A stretch of 64,000 nucleotides of DNA from Candidatus Aminicenantes bacterium (GTDB lineage Bacteria; Acidobacteriota; Aminicenantia; Aminicenantales; JAFGBC01): contig OY969696.1 of NCBI GenBank assembly GCA_963702005.1, positions 3,104,001-3,168,000 on the forward strand, read 5' to 3'. Of the stretch, positions 1 to 10,205 are shown in pieces. The number at the start of each line of letters is the position of its first letter. The stretch's first letter is position 1. The notes below the pieces were generated by a model. The model worked only from the letters and a program-made list of their open reading frames with translations, had not been told where the DNA came from and did not search any database. The position numbers and the translations under genes are program-made.

Positions 1-1543
1 TTCTGATCTTCGCTTTGCCCAAATTGCATTCCCCGGATATTTTATCAATATTGTTTTGAATATTCGCCGGAACTTGCCGCTTTGAATCAAGCCTGAACCT
101 GCGCCGTTTAAGCCTGACATATGCATTTGCCACTATCTTGGTAACTCTCCTCCCGACCAATAGGATAACCGGCAATGACAGGGCAAGCAAATACGCTTTT
201 GATAGAATTATGAACAGGCCCTGGTGCTCAATTTTGAGCGCCTCGGCCAATATCATGAAATTCGCCGGAATCCAGGAGAACAGAATTGCCGCTTTTTCCA
301 AGATCAGGGTCTTGCCAGAAAGTGCGTAGCACATCGCATCGACGCAAATAACCGTCGCTGAATAGGTAACCGGAATCGCTATCAGGTAATCCAGCAAGAC
401 AACCGATTTATACAGTTTTCCTCCCCGGCTCTGAGTAGCCGATACGACGGGCGCTCTTATGTTGGTAACTTCCTCTTTGCCAATCGTCGCTTTCCAGTCC
501 TCCGGGATCTTTATTAGCGCTCTATAATTGGAGGACAAGAGCCATAAGGAAAGCGCCATTGCGGCTATGAATATCGATGCTATGAATAAAATTGCATGCC
601 TGTATATCATCCTGCTGCTCTTCTTCATTTCGTTACTGATCGTCCGCTTAACCATCTCCACGTTGGAATGCTCTATGTTATCCAGACTTCTATCCAGGGC
701 CGGCTTGAAATATATGGGGTTAATTATTTGTTTCAAAGAATACGACCCTGGCTCTACTGAATTAACATATCTGACGAATATGGCAGAATTCAAAAAATAC
801 AGGGCAAAAAAAGACAGGATGATGAATAGACTTGCATTGAGCCACTTGAAATTGACTTCTATTACCTTCATCCTCCAAAAGAGGTAAACATCTCTCCGGA
901 CGATTTTCCGCAGGCAACCATGCAAATAATGAACAATCAGGAAGGCAGTGACAACAATAAATAATGCCTTGAATTGATACATGAATGCCAAGCACAAAAA
1001 CGTCATTATCCCATTAATGAGCAATGACACGTTCAGAGGAAGGAATGAGGCTTCAACCGGGGAAAGCAATTTAACGTCGAATTTATTTCTTAAAAACATT
1101 AGACTTCTATTTTCCGCCAGCTTAAGCCTATTGCTGAATACGGTGATATCTTTCCTAACCATCAGGGCCATAAAGAACAACGCGCCAAAAAACAAAATCA
1201 TATCCGAAAAATATACTATTTTATTAGACAAGGAGTCCTGAAAAAGCCTAAAACACTGCAAAACTAAAAAGATGAAAATGCAAATTTTTATCAACAACCC
1301 ACGCTGTTTATTTCTGCTAGGCAATGCTTCCGAAGATACCAGAGTATCGTTGTTGCTTCGGCTGAACCGGAAAGAAAAATCAATATCGAATTTATCTATT
1401 CCTGCCTGTGCCTTAATCCTTGATTCGGGACACCCATGGTTTATTGCCTTTTTTACGGCATTTTTCGCATTTATCGAAGCTAAGAAGTCTTCAGCCGCCT
1501 GAAGCGTCTCTTCAACGCTTGCCTTAACAAGAAGAATGGCCAT
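1..1543 (-). CDS. Polytopic membrane protein, 3' end runs off the window (possibly M48/M56 peptidase-like C-terminus outside window)
   Basis: Open frame from ATG at 1543 (MAILLVKASVEETL...) with no stop to position 1; several hydrophobic segments; absent from the ORF track because it is unterminated. Confidence 0.7.
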   Translation of the reverse strand, partial: MAILLVKASVEETLQAAEDFLASINAKNAVKKAINHGCPESRIKAQAGIDKFDIDFSFRFSRSNNDTLVSSEALPSRNKQRGLLIKICIFIFLVLQCFRLFQDSLSNKIVYFSDMILFFGALFFMALMVRKDITVFSNRLKLAENRSLMFLRNKFDVKLLSPVEASFLPLNVSLLINGIMTFLCLAFMYQFKALFIVVTAFLIVHYLHGCLRKIVRRDVYLFWRMKVIEVNFKWLNASLFIILSFFALYFLNSAIFVRYVNSVEPGSYSLKQIINPIYFKPALDRSLDNIEHSNVEMVKRTISNEMKKSSRMIYRHAILFIASIFIAAMALSLWLLSSNYRALIKIPEDWKATIGKEEVTNIRAPVVSATQSRGGKLYKSVVLLDYLIAIPVTYSATVICVDAMCYALSGKTLILEKAAILFSWIPANFMILAEALKIEHQGLFIILSKAYLLALSLPVILLVGRRVTKIVANAYVRLKRRRFRLDSKRQVPANIQNNIDKISGECNLGKAKIR

Positions 1544-1602
1544 TATAAATATCCTGGAGCTTTTTCAGCAGCTCTTCCTAAGCCATATGTCGCGAAAGAC
1601 AA
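1543..1602 (-). CDS. Putative 19-aa peptide (M)SFATYGLGRAAEKAPGYL
   Basis: Strong SD AGGAGG just upstream of TTG; stop overlaps next start as TAATG. Confidence 0.45.
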   Translation of the reverse strand: MSFATYGLGRAAEKAPGYL

Positions 1603-1743
1603 TTACCCCCTCCTTTCTGTCGGGCAGTTAATTTTTATCTTATCAAAAATATGCTTTGACAAAAAGCTGATTAAATTAAGGGGGTCATCCGCATTCCCTT
1701 TACAGGCTATTGTTTTAGCGATAACATTCTCTTGGGAATCGGG

Positions 1744-2607
1744 ATGATGGAAATCAAGCAGCCGCCCAAAAGGTTCTATCTTGACGACAATCAATTCACC
1801 TTCACGGAGAAGCTCAGGTCCAGGGAGATTTATATCATAGGAGGTTTTTCGGTTGACTTCCAAAAGGAAAGGGAACTTGAGCAGGAAATAACGGCGGTAA
1901 AACAACGATATGGATTCGAGAAAAGGCATCCTGTCAAATGGAACATCAAAGACCTTAAAAAGTATTACGCCGAAAAGAACGAGGAGCAGTTTTTCGACAA
2001 TCTAATGAAGGCATCAGATAAGATCCGCTTTGAGCTGTTGGATATCCTTTCGATGGAACGGTTCAATATCGCGGTTTTCGTCTCCGCTATCGTTCGCCTG
2101 AAGAGGAAGGACAAGCCAGCCATTTCGTATCAGCGCTGCCTTACCAACCTGCTCCAGAGACTGGCTATGAACGTCGGTATTACAGACGATTGCCACGCAG
2201 TTTTCCTGGATTTCTTTAAGGAAGACTCGTCAGAGATTGCAGCCTGCTACTCTGATGGCTTCCATTTTGGAAAGGACCCAGAAGGAAATCCCTACACGGC
2301 AGGCTCCCTGGCGGCTAAGGGCTTCTCCCAGTGCCTGTATTTCGGAAAAACCATTTTCAATCAATTCCTGCAACTGGCAGACCTTGTGACCGGCTGTTCA
2401 AAAGATTTCGTCGAGTGCTGCTTGAGGAAAAAGGATTTTGGCAGGGTATGCAAATTCTTCCCCCTGGTCATGCCGCGGTTATGGAAGGAGCCGGGGACGG
2501 ACAGGCCGTTCAGAAGGGGCCTGGTGATAGCCCCGCCCGAATATTATAAACCTCTGGAAGAAGGCTACGCCCAAGTTCTCAGCGAAATCGAAGAGGTCCC
2601 CTTCTAG
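1744..2607 (+). CDS. DUF3800-like (RNase H-fold) protein
   Basis: N-terminal FYLDD and C-terminal LQLADLV motifs. Confidence 0.6.
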   Translation: MMEIKQPPKRFYLDDNQFTFTEKLRSREIYIIGGFSVDFQKERELEQEITAVKQRYGFEKRHPVKWNIKDLKKYYAEKNEEQFFDNLMKASDKIRFELLDILSMERFNIAVFVSAIVRLKRKDKPAISYQRCLTNLLQRLAMNVGITDDCHAVFLDFFKEDSSEIAACYSDGFHFGKDPEGNPYTAGSLAAKGFSQCLYFGKTIFNQFLQLADLVTGCSKDFVECCLRKKDFGRVCKFFPLVMPRLWKEPGTDRPFRRGLVIAPPEYYKPLEEGYAQVLSEIEEVPF

Positions 2608-2718
2608 AAAACCAGGCTTGTTCTTATCCGCCATATCCGCATCCCCTCCATTGCCACTTAGGGAACGCCTCGGATAAGACAGCTTTTCTTCAAACGCAAA
2701 GGCGCAGGTTGGCCCTAA

Positions 2719-3651
2719 TTATGGCTGACACTCTGCGCATATGGACCTGAAAAGCGTAGTACTCAGATACCGGTCTCCACGGTCAGGCAATATCACGACT
2801 ATTGTGCCATGATGCATGTCCCTTGCCACATGCAGTGCCCCTGCCACCGCTGCGCCACTTGACATGCCAACGAACAGACCTTCCCTCGTGGCAAGCAACC
2901 TCGCCATTTCAAAAGCCTCATCATCATCAACGGTTATCTTCTCGTCCAAGGCCCTGGGATTATAGATTCCGGGAACAGCAGATTCTTCCATGTTTTTCAG
3001 GCCCTGAATCTTATGCCCCTTTTTTGGTTCGACTCCGATAATTTTTACTTGTGGCTTTTTTTCTTTCATGTATCTTCCCACGCCCATGAGCGTTCCCGTC
3101 GTTCCCATGCCAGCAACAAATATGTCAATTTCTCCCTCGGTCTGGGAAAATATCTCCGGTCCCGTTGTTTCATAGTGGGCAAGGACATTGCTCTCGTTCT
3201 CGAATTGATTGGGCATGAAATACTTTTCCGGTTCTTCATTGAGAATTTCGTGGGCTTTCCTGATAGCCCCGTCCGTTCCTTCCCCGCCCGGAGTGAGCAC
3301 GACTTCCGCGCCAAAAGCTTCAAGAATCCGGCGTCTTTCTAAGCTAACGCAATCAGGCATCACAAGCCTGACTCGATATCCCTTAGAAGCTCCTATCATT
3401 GCAAGTGCGATGCCTGTGTTTCCCGATGTGGATTCGAGGATTGTTTTGTCTTTGTTAAGTTCTCCTGATGCTTCTGCTTTTTTCACCATGCAATAAGCAG
3501 GGCGGTCTTTGACCGAGCCTCCGGGATTGCATCCTTCCAGTTTGCCATAAATCTTAGTCTTCGAATTTATGTTTAAATTAACCAATTCGGCGAGTGGCGT
3601 GTTACCGATGGTATCCAATACGCTGTATTTTTGCATTTGCCATTTACTCAT
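2719..3651 (-). CDS. cysM: Cysteine synthase (PLP, CysM/CysK family)
   Basis: IGNTPL, NPGGSVKDR, STSGNTG, GMGTTGT, IQGLKNM, DRGDRYLST. Confidence 0.92.
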   Translation of the reverse strand: MSKWQMQKYSVLDTIGNTPLAELVNLNINSKTKIYGKLEGCNPGGSVKDRPAYCMVKKAEASGELNKDKTILESTSGNTGIALAMIGASKGYRVRLVMPDCVSLERRRILEAFGAEVVLTPGGEGTDGAIRKAHEILNEEPEKYFMPNQFENESNVLAHYETTGPEIFSQTEGEIDIFVAGMGTTGTLMGVGRYMKEKKPQVKIIGVEPKKGHKIQGLKNMEESAVPGIYNPRALDEKITVDDDEAFEMARLLATREGLFVGMSSGAAVAGALHVARDMHHGTIVVILPDRGDRYLSTTLFRSICAECQP

Positions 3652-5042
3652 CTTCTATTTTCTGTAATTTCTCTTATTGCCACGACCGCCTTGTAAGCAT
3701 CTTCCACTGTGTTATAAAACGCGAAGGAAGCCCTGACTGCTCCCGGAATCATTAACGGTCCCTTGGGAAAGCCAACATTCAGCAAACCCGTCCTAATTTC
3801 ATGAGCCAATCTCGGCGCGCCCAAAAGCTGTGAAGTATATATGTGCGCACAGAAGCATCCATCCCTCATGCTTATGCCATGCCTGTCTAATTGCTGCGCA
3901 AACTCTTCGTGATTTCTTCCCATGGCGGCATTGTTAAAGGTCACTACTGCGGTTCTGTTTTCAAACTCCCTGGGACCGTAAATTTTTATGCCCCTTATTT
4001 TCCGCAATTCCCCGACGAAGTATTCTCCGAGTTCCCCATCATGCTTTTCAATTTTATCCATTCCGATTCCTTTCAGATAATCGACTGCGAAGCCCCATTC
4101 TATTGCGCCTTCCAAATCCTGGGTGCCTGGCTCAAACCTCTTATGGCCGCCTGCGTAAGCGGTAAACCATTTCGAGACCAAATCAACCGCACTTCCGCCG
4201 CTAATGTTGTTGCCTACGTACCTTTCGCTTCTTTTATTGACGAAAATCGCTCCGATGCCCATGGGTCCGTACATCTTATGGGAGGAAATTCCTGCAAAAT
4301 CCACGTCTAAATCATCCAAATCAAGCGGCATGTGCCCGGCTGACTGGGCCATGTCGAGATATACGAATCCTCTGTCTCCCAATATTTCTCTGATTTCTTT
4401 CACAGGATTTATTGCCCCGGTGACATTCGAAACGTGGACAAGATTGAGCAATATCTTCCCCTTTCCCCTTTTCGATACAGCTCTTTCAAGACAATCCAGT
4501 CTTAATCTTCCCTCTGGCAGAGAAACGGGGATAAAAAGAATCTCTGCCCCGGCTCTTGCGGCAATATTCCTTGCCGTCAATATCTGCGAATTATGCTCCA
4601 TGTCCGTAAGGATAAGAGTGTCCCCTTTATCAAATGGAAATCTGGCTGCTATAAAATTTGACGTATCGGTTGTTCCTCCAGTAAAACCAATAACGTAGTT
4701 ATCCGCGTTGAAAAATTCCCGTATTTTTTGCCTCGCTTCTTCGTTTCTTCTCTGATATTCAGCCGCTTCCCTGGAATTCTCTGAATGATTGCTTCCTCTT
4801 ATGTGAGTCTTTCTGTATTCGTGCATCCTGTCTTTGACTGATTGGGGCTCCTGGCTTGTTGCCGTATTGTCCAGATAAATCCTGCTCAATGCATCGAACA
4901 AAGGAAAATCTTTCCGTCTGATCTCATGAACATCCGGAAGCAGTCCTGGGAACAAATCAAATTCCGCCCCTTCCGCAAGAATCTTAGGCACGTCTAAGAG
5001 CCCATCTCTCCCCACGTAATTTTCCAATTTTCTTCTCAGCAT
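3648..5042 (-). CDS. sufS: Cysteine desulfurase, SufS/group II
   Basis: YLDNTATS, EHNS, SSHKMYGPMGIG (PLP Lys), RDGCFCAH (catalytic Cys), RASFAFYNT; ATGA overlap with cysM. Confidence 0.88.
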   Translation of the reverse strand: MLRRKLENYVGRDGLLDVPKILAEGAEFDLFPGLLPDVHEIRRKDFPLFDALSRIYLDNTATSQEPQSVKDRMHEYRKTHIRGSNHSENSREAAEYQRRNEEARQKIREFFNADNYVIGFTGGTTDTSNFIAARFPFDKGDTLILTDMEHNSQILTARNIAARAGAEILFIPVSLPEGRLRLDCLERAVSKRGKGKILLNLVHVSNVTGAINPVKEIREILGDRGFVYLDMAQSAGHMPLDLDDLDVDFAGISSHKMYGPMGIGAIFVNKRSERYVGNNISGGSAVDLVSKWFTAYAGGHKRFEPGTQDLEGAIEWGFAVDYLKGIGMDKIEKHDGELGEYFVGELRKIRGIKIYGPREFENRTAVVTFNNAAMGRNHEEFAQQLDRHGISMRDGCFCAHIYTSQLLGAPRLAHEIRTGLLNVGFPKGPLMIPGAVRASFAFYNTVEDAYKAVVAIREITENRR

Positions 5043-5139
5043 CTTGTGTCTCGCCTGCTCTGATACCTTTGTATTTTTGGCTTCATTCGCCCGCGCATTT
5101 TTCTATTTAAAAGCTTTCACTCTAACTATGAACTGGTTC

Positions 5140-5169
5140 AATTGTCGAGTATGCGTATAATAGACAACT
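5140..5169. repeat. Dyad recombination site L (AATTGTC-GAGTA-TGCGTA-TAATA-GACAACT)
   Basis: Imperfect palindrome around a 6-bp spacer; inverted counterpart at 5838-5867. Confidence 0.6.
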
Positions 5170-5193
5170 GAAACGGCTAAGGATTTCGGGACT

Positions 5194-5817
5194 ATGGCAT
5201 CAAAAGAAGCGCTTCTATCTCGAAGCAGAGAGCCTCAGGTTAAGTATCTGGAAAAAGAAGAGGTCTACCGGCTATTCATGTCTATAACCGGAAAGAATTA
5301 TCGCGACAAGGCCATGTTCGATTTGATATACCGGCATGGACTGCGAAGAATTGAAGCAACCTGGCTTAGGAAAGACTGGGTACACAATGGCCGGATTTGG
5401 ATTCAGCGGGCAAAGAACGGCGTTTCTCAGGAGTACAATCTCCATCCTGCCTCGGAAAAATTGCTGGAATTGTATCTGGCGCAAAGAGGAGAAGACGGCA
5501 ATCCGTACCTCTTCGCTAGCCGGGAAAGCGGAAACGCCCGCCCGATTTCAAGCGGTCTGATTTATTACCTTTTCCAAATATACGCGGCCAGAGCGGGTAT
5601 CGCCCCCGAGAAGCGTTTCGTTCATATTCTTAGGCACTCCATTGCCGTCCATTTATTGAATGCAGGATGGGATCTATGCGACGTCCAGGACCAGCTCGGT
5701 CAAAAGGACATACGAAATACGGCAATCTACGGAAAGGTCTCGAATAAAAGACGAGACATGCAGTTTCAGAAACTGCTCAAATCAAACGAGATCGCCGACA
5801 CTCTGTCGGGGACTTGA
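5194..5817 (+). CDS. Small tyrosine recombinase (FimB/FimE-like, catalytic domain only)
   Basis: HGLRRIE (R), RAKNG (K), HILRHS, LGQKDIRNTAIY (Y); 207 aa. Confidence 0.9.
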   Translation: MASKEALLSRSREPQVKYLEKEEVYRLFMSITGKNYRDKAMFDLIYRHGLRRIEATWLRKDWVHNGRIWIQRAKNGVSQEYNLHPASEKLLELYLAQRGEDGNPYLFASRESGNARPISSGLIYYLFQIYAARAGIAPEKRFVHILRHSIAVHLLNAGWDLCDVQDQLGQKDIRNTAIYGKVSNKRRDMQFQKLLKSNEIADTLSGT

Positions 5818-5837
5818 AAACTATCGGGGCATTATCG

Positions 5838-5867
5838 AGTTGACGAATCTACGCAAAAACGTTAACT
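5838..5867. repeat. Dyad recombination site R (AGTTGAC-GAATC-TACGCA-AAAAC-GTTAACT)
   Basis: Same 7-5-6-5-7 geometry as site L; spacer TACGCA is the reverse complement of TGCGTA. Confidence 0.6.
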
Positions 5868-6015
5868 CAAGTCAAATATATTAAATAATCAACTTTAAGG
5901 GGCTTTTTCCGTTTGACATTTTATCATATTACAATTTATCATCTCTAGCGATGGGACGAGGCAAAATTGGCGCGGGAACGCTCATCTAGGCGGCACAGAA
6001 AAAAAGGAAAATAAT

Positions 6016-6948
6016 ATGGATTTTATAATGCTTTTGGCCACAGTCTTGTTTGTTAGTACTTCGGTATGGTTATGGCGTTTCGCTATGGCCCAGATGATTA
6101 TGCTATCACTGGATACATCGCTCGCTCCTAATCAGAATATTGCTGCATCACAAATGCCCAACCTAGGGTGGTATAGATCTATACTAAATGTCATTAAGAA
6201 ACTGTATCGCAATAAAGTTTATTTATTATTGAAAACATTTCCGTTCATAATATTTATTGGAGGCAATATTTATTTTTTAATATTCAAAGGCCACCTTTGG
6301 ATGTCAAGTTCTAACTCGATTTTGTCATTATTAGCATTTTCAATACTCGCTTTTGTTCCTAACCCTTTTAAAGATCGAAAACAAGATCGCAAGATTGCAG
6401 ATTTAGAACTAAAGACATTTAAGAAATATAAAGAAGAAGAAACTGTGCGATATGTTGGCCAGGCTATGTTGCCCAAAAAGGTTTATGAAGAGGATTCACA
6501 TAATATAACTGTCAATCTAAAGCCTTCGTTCAATATGCCTTCGAAAGATCATAATAAATTTTGCGTTCGAGATAACAAGAGTGGCAAATCATTTGTTATA
6601 CAAATTGTTAAAAATAGCAGGTTGAAGCAATTTATTGAGATTGAGCTTTTAGCTGCTGGATTTGAAATTGATGGAGAAAAGAAGCAGCAACAATCTTTTA
6701 GTATGAAGACATTGTCCTACTGTTGGAACTGCTATTTCCCAAACTCAGGCAATCACACGCTCAGTTTAATTATAAGACTGTTAAGCCCATCTAAAGCCAT
6801 TGAAGTTGGAGCCATACAACATAGCATAAAGGTTGCTAAACTGGACAACCTAACAAAACGTCAGGTTTGGTTAATCGCATCGCTAGCTGGTTTAGTATCG
6901 GGTGGGCTAACAATTGCTGAAGTATTCCGTCGGCTGGGCTTATGGTAA
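6016..6948 (+). CDS. Hypothetical membrane protein
   Basis: 310-aa low-GC ORF, N- and C-terminal hydrophobic helices, AAGGA SD, TTGACA at 5913. Confidence 0.6.
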   Translation: MDFIMLLATVLFVSTSVWLWRFAMAQMIMLSLDTSLAPNQNIAASQMPNLGWYRSILNVIKKLYRNKVYLLLKTFPFIIFIGGNIYFLIFKGHLWMSSSNSILSLLAFSILAFVPNPFKDRKQDRKIADLELKTFKKYKEEETVRYVGQAMLPKKVYEEDSHNITVNLKPSFNMPSKDHNKFCVRDNKSGKSFVIQIVKNSRLKQFIEIELLAAGFEIDGEKKQQQSFSMKTLSYCWNCYFPNSGNHTLSLIIRLLSPSKAIEVGAIQHSIKVAKLDNLTKRQVWLIASLAGLVSGGLTIAEVFRRLGLW

Positions 6949-7505
6949 AAAGCAAATTGAGCTTTCCCCCGTTGATTGGACAATAAAGAGGAGGTTTGAA
7001 GGTGCATTCTCGGCCCGCCCGTCTTGATTATTCTGGCCATTCTGATGCCCAAAAGCAATTTTTCGCGGCAGCCTAGAAAAATCGGCTTCACCACTTGACC
7101 CAGGAACGACGATCTCGACCAGGTCCATATCAAACCCTTGGCTACAAATCGGCCTTTTGCTTTTCTGGGAGGCCAAAATCAACCGCATGTGGATAGAATC
7201 ATCGCTCACCTCAAGCTGACGTTCTTCGCCGAAAAACCTCCTCCGCCCCGGGTCGCTTATCAAGAAATTTGAGTGGCCACCGAAGCCGGCAGTGAATATT
7301 TTTCATGGTCCTCTCCTTGCCCAGCGGTGAGGTCCGGGTAATTTGCGGCACTTTATGCGCCTCGGATGGCTTTGCGGACATACCTCGTGCCCCCAAGCCG
7401 TTCTTGACATCCTTTTTTGTTATGATTTTTACTTGCTCACCATGGTTATATAAGAAAATGGGAGCGAAAATGCGCCCTCGGCCAGTGCCGCCGAAAACCA
7501 ATTTC

Positions 7506-9008
7506 TTATATTTTCAATCGTTCAAGGCGACGAGCTAGCAATTTAAGAGAAGGTTCCTTTATCTTAAGCGCTTCATTGATAGCCTTCTGACGTAAATTAT
7601 CTGCATTGGAACTATTAGCTAACAATTCCTCTCGAGCGAGGTAAATCATAGCACGAGCCTTTAGCCATGGCTGTGATTCTTTGTAGGCGATTTGTATAGC
7701 CTTATGATATAAATCTCTTCCTTCATTTGGCCTACCTGAACGATATTCTAACAACCCAGAAGTAGCCAAAGCGCAAATTTTAGTTGACAAGGGACAGCGG
7801 CTTAAATCAATTTTCGATAATGCTTTCTTAGCTTCCTCCAGTTTGCCTAGGTGGATAAGACTAAATGCAAGGTTATTTAATAAAGTCGGCTCCTTAGGAA
7901 TAATCCTCAGTGCGGATTCGATTATCTTAGTACCGGATATGTGGTCCTCAAATATTTCACTTGTTAAAAAAGACATATGAATATAAGGTCTTCTAGAAAA
8001 TGGTTCATCAGAAAGCCAAAATCGAGAATGTTCAAGAGATTTTTTCCATTTTCCTTCAAAGTAGGTCATTAAGGCTTTAGCTTCAAATGCACGAATTGGA
8101 TCAAATTTCTTTTCAAGCAGATCCTCAATCGTAACATACCTAGTTGCCCAAACAGCCTGAGCCAATGCATTATCGTTTGGTTTCTGCAATGAAAAAGCGA
8201 AGAGCTTTTTTGCCTTCTTGGAATTTCCTTTCCAGAGTTCCACACTTGCTAAAGCACTAGACAATTCACAAACTTGAAAGGGATCAAGCGATCTGCCATC
8301 AACAATTCTCATGCCAGGCTTTATAAGCTTTGAGCTCTTTTCAAGAATCGAACTAATAGCAATTTCTGTTGCCATGAGCCATGGATCATGCTTAGTTATC
8401 TCCGCGTTTCTTAAAAGATAGTGTGCCTTTTCAGGCTGGTTTAGATGAAGCTCAAGGCGAGCTGCACTTCTTAGAATGTAACGATTTAATGGAGCAAGAT
8501 AGTATGCAATTTGCATTGCTTTTTTGGCCTGCTCCTGTAAACCAAGTATTGTGTACAATCTTGCTAGATCTGCCCATACAAATGCATTGCGTGGTTGATC
8601 AATTCTTTTCTTTTTCATCCGCCTTATTGGCTCATATAAGTCACGTCTATCTGCGGAGATTGGAGCTTGCAAACTATCTTCTAAAGGCATAGGAATCCGC
8701 AGCACCTTGGCTGCAATCGACTTTGCTGCAGTGGAGGAGCCTGAATCTGGCTCTAAAACAAACTTTGCAGCGTCAATAGCCAACTCTGGATGCCCCATTA
8801 CATAAGCAACTCCGAGAAAATCAGTTGCGAACAACAACGTGCGATTGTTGGTCCACTCCTCCTTTTTTTTTAGTATAAATGAGTCTGGCGGCAATGCAGA
8901 AACTAATCGAGTCTCTGTGGGATCTAATTCTCCTGATTGAAGCGCTAGCTGAAATTCCCGCCAGCGAGGGACTATCCTGCGTCGAGTGTTTTCAATATTA
9001 ACTGCCAT
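7506..9008 (-). CDS. TPR/alpha-solenoid protein
   Basis: TPR-like motifs (WADLARLYTILG, LLNNLAFSLIHLGKLEEA); overlaps the kinase stop. Confidence 0.75.
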   Translation of the reverse strand: MAVNIENTRRRIVPRWREFQLALQSGELDPTETRLVSALPPDSFILKKKEEWTNNRTLLFATDFLGVAYVMGHPELAIDAAKFVLEPDSGSSTAAKSIAAKVLRIPMPLEDSLQAPISADRRDLYEPIRRMKKKRIDQPRNAFVWADLARLYTILGLQEQAKKAMQIAYYLAPLNRYILRSAARLELHLNQPEKAHYLLRNAEITKHDPWLMATEIAISSILEKSSKLIKPGMRIVDGRSLDPFQVCELSSALASVELWKGNSKKAKKLFAFSLQKPNDNALAQAVWATRYVTIEDLLEKKFDPIRAFEAKALMTYFEGKWKKSLEHSRFWLSDEPFSRRPYIHMSFLTSEIFEDHISGTKIIESALRIIPKEPTLLNNLAFSLIHLGKLEEAKKALSKIDLSRCPLSTKICALATSGLLEYRSGRPNEGRDLYHKAIQIAYKESQPWLKARAMIYLAREELLANSSNADNLRQKAINEALKIKEPSLKLLARRLERLKI

Positions 9009-10065
9009 GGCTTATGCTTGCTAATAATCCTAATTCGGCACGTTTACCAAGGCGATCAAAAAGAGAGATATATCGCTCAAGGCTGTAGGGATTTGAATGA
9101 CCCCGCCGATTATATGGATGGCCTCGTAATAGCGGATCAGGCTCGCAGAGCTGCTCTATTGTCCTTATCATCTCTTCTTGGATTTCTGGAGGAATCGATT
9201 TTTTTATTTCTTCTAATGCTTTCCCAAACGCATCCCTTACATAAGGTAGAACCTGCCGATAATCTAGCGGCCATACTTCCCAAATATGTTTTGGATGAAG
9301 TTTGTCTCGAAGTATAGCCGTCATCTGGATTCCGCAAAAGAAAAAAACCACCATGCTACCCATGAGATAAAGATCGCACCCATATCGCCGACATTTCCAA
9401 TCAGGTTGCATTTCTCCGTAAAGTAGTTCTGGAGGAGCATAAGATTTTGCTCCTGGTATGCAATATTTGGAGAAAGGAGAAGTAACTTCTAGGCGTTCAG
9501 CTCGCCCCAAGTCTGCCACCTTCATTTGATCTCCCTTAAAAACGAGTACATTTGATGGCTTTAAATCTTGATGAGCTATGCCATGACCATGAAGCTGCCA
9601 GAGACCAACGGCGATATGATGTAGGGATTTGAGTATCCATGCGAGGTCGAAAGCTTGTGCTGCTTTGGGGTGAGAGCGAATATCCCCTTCAGCCAGATCG
9701 AAGATTAAGAACTGCACTGCGTAGGCTCCTCCGGGCAGCTCTATCTTTCCCTCATCCAAAGCTGTGACGACACGACTCATCTTTTTTTCTCTGCAACGGG
9801 CTAGGATATCTCTCTCAAAGTTGAACGCTTCGGTCATCGCTTGAAATGCTCTTGCTGGATCTGGGGACTTGAGCGCCTCTGAGAAGTCTAATGCCTTCAG
9901 GAAAGCTTTTTGTCCTGCTGAGTTTTCAATGATATAACCAACTGAGAAACTCATTCCTGTGGCTCTCTTTGGACGGATAAGCTTTTCTATTACTTTCCAA
10001 TCATCATTTACTATTTGACCAGTTAACTCGTGAGCTGGATTCTTAATCGATATGTTATTTTTCAT
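8998..10065 (-). CDS. Hanks-type Ser/Thr protein kinase
   Basis: AFLKAL, HQDLKPSN, ADLGRA, YAPPE, DLYLMG. Confidence 0.92.
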   Translation of the reverse strand: MKNNISIKNPAHELTGQIVNDDWKVIEKLIRPKRATGMSFSVGYIIENSAGQKAFLKALDFSEALKSPDPARAFQAMTEAFNFERDILARCREKKMSRVVTALDEGKIELPGGAYAVQFLIFDLAEGDIRSHPKAAQAFDLAWILKSLHHIAVGLWQLHGHGIAHQDLKPSNVLVFKGDQMKVADLGRAERLEVTSPFSKYCIPGAKSYAPPELLYGEMQPDWKCRRYGCDLYLMGSMVVFFFCGIQMTAILRDKLHPKHIWEVWPLDYRQVLPYVRDAFGKALEEIKKSIPPEIQEEMIRTIEQLCEPDPLLRGHPYNRRGHSNPYSLERYISLFDRLGKRAELGLLASISHGS

Positions 10066-10176
10066 CGGACATAAATCTCATAAGTAATAAGATAACATGA
10101 TGATGTGATGCTCCTCCTCCCGACGTTTATAATAGACTTCCGGTTGGAAATTTATTTTTAGGAGCTGCACAGATGA

Positions 10177-10205
10177 ATTATGCCGGTATTGACCATCATC
10201 GTCAA
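10177..10205 (-). promoter_or_regulatory. sigma70-like promoter of kinase-TPR operon
   Basis: TTGACG-N17-CATAAT on minus strand. Confidence 0.55.

Noticed and set aside
6950-7500. Similarity of this non-coding stretch to 36860-37150 (CCGCCCG...TGGCCA, ATGCCC...GCAATTTTT)
   Set aside because: Matches too short and patchy to support by eye; needs a real alignment.
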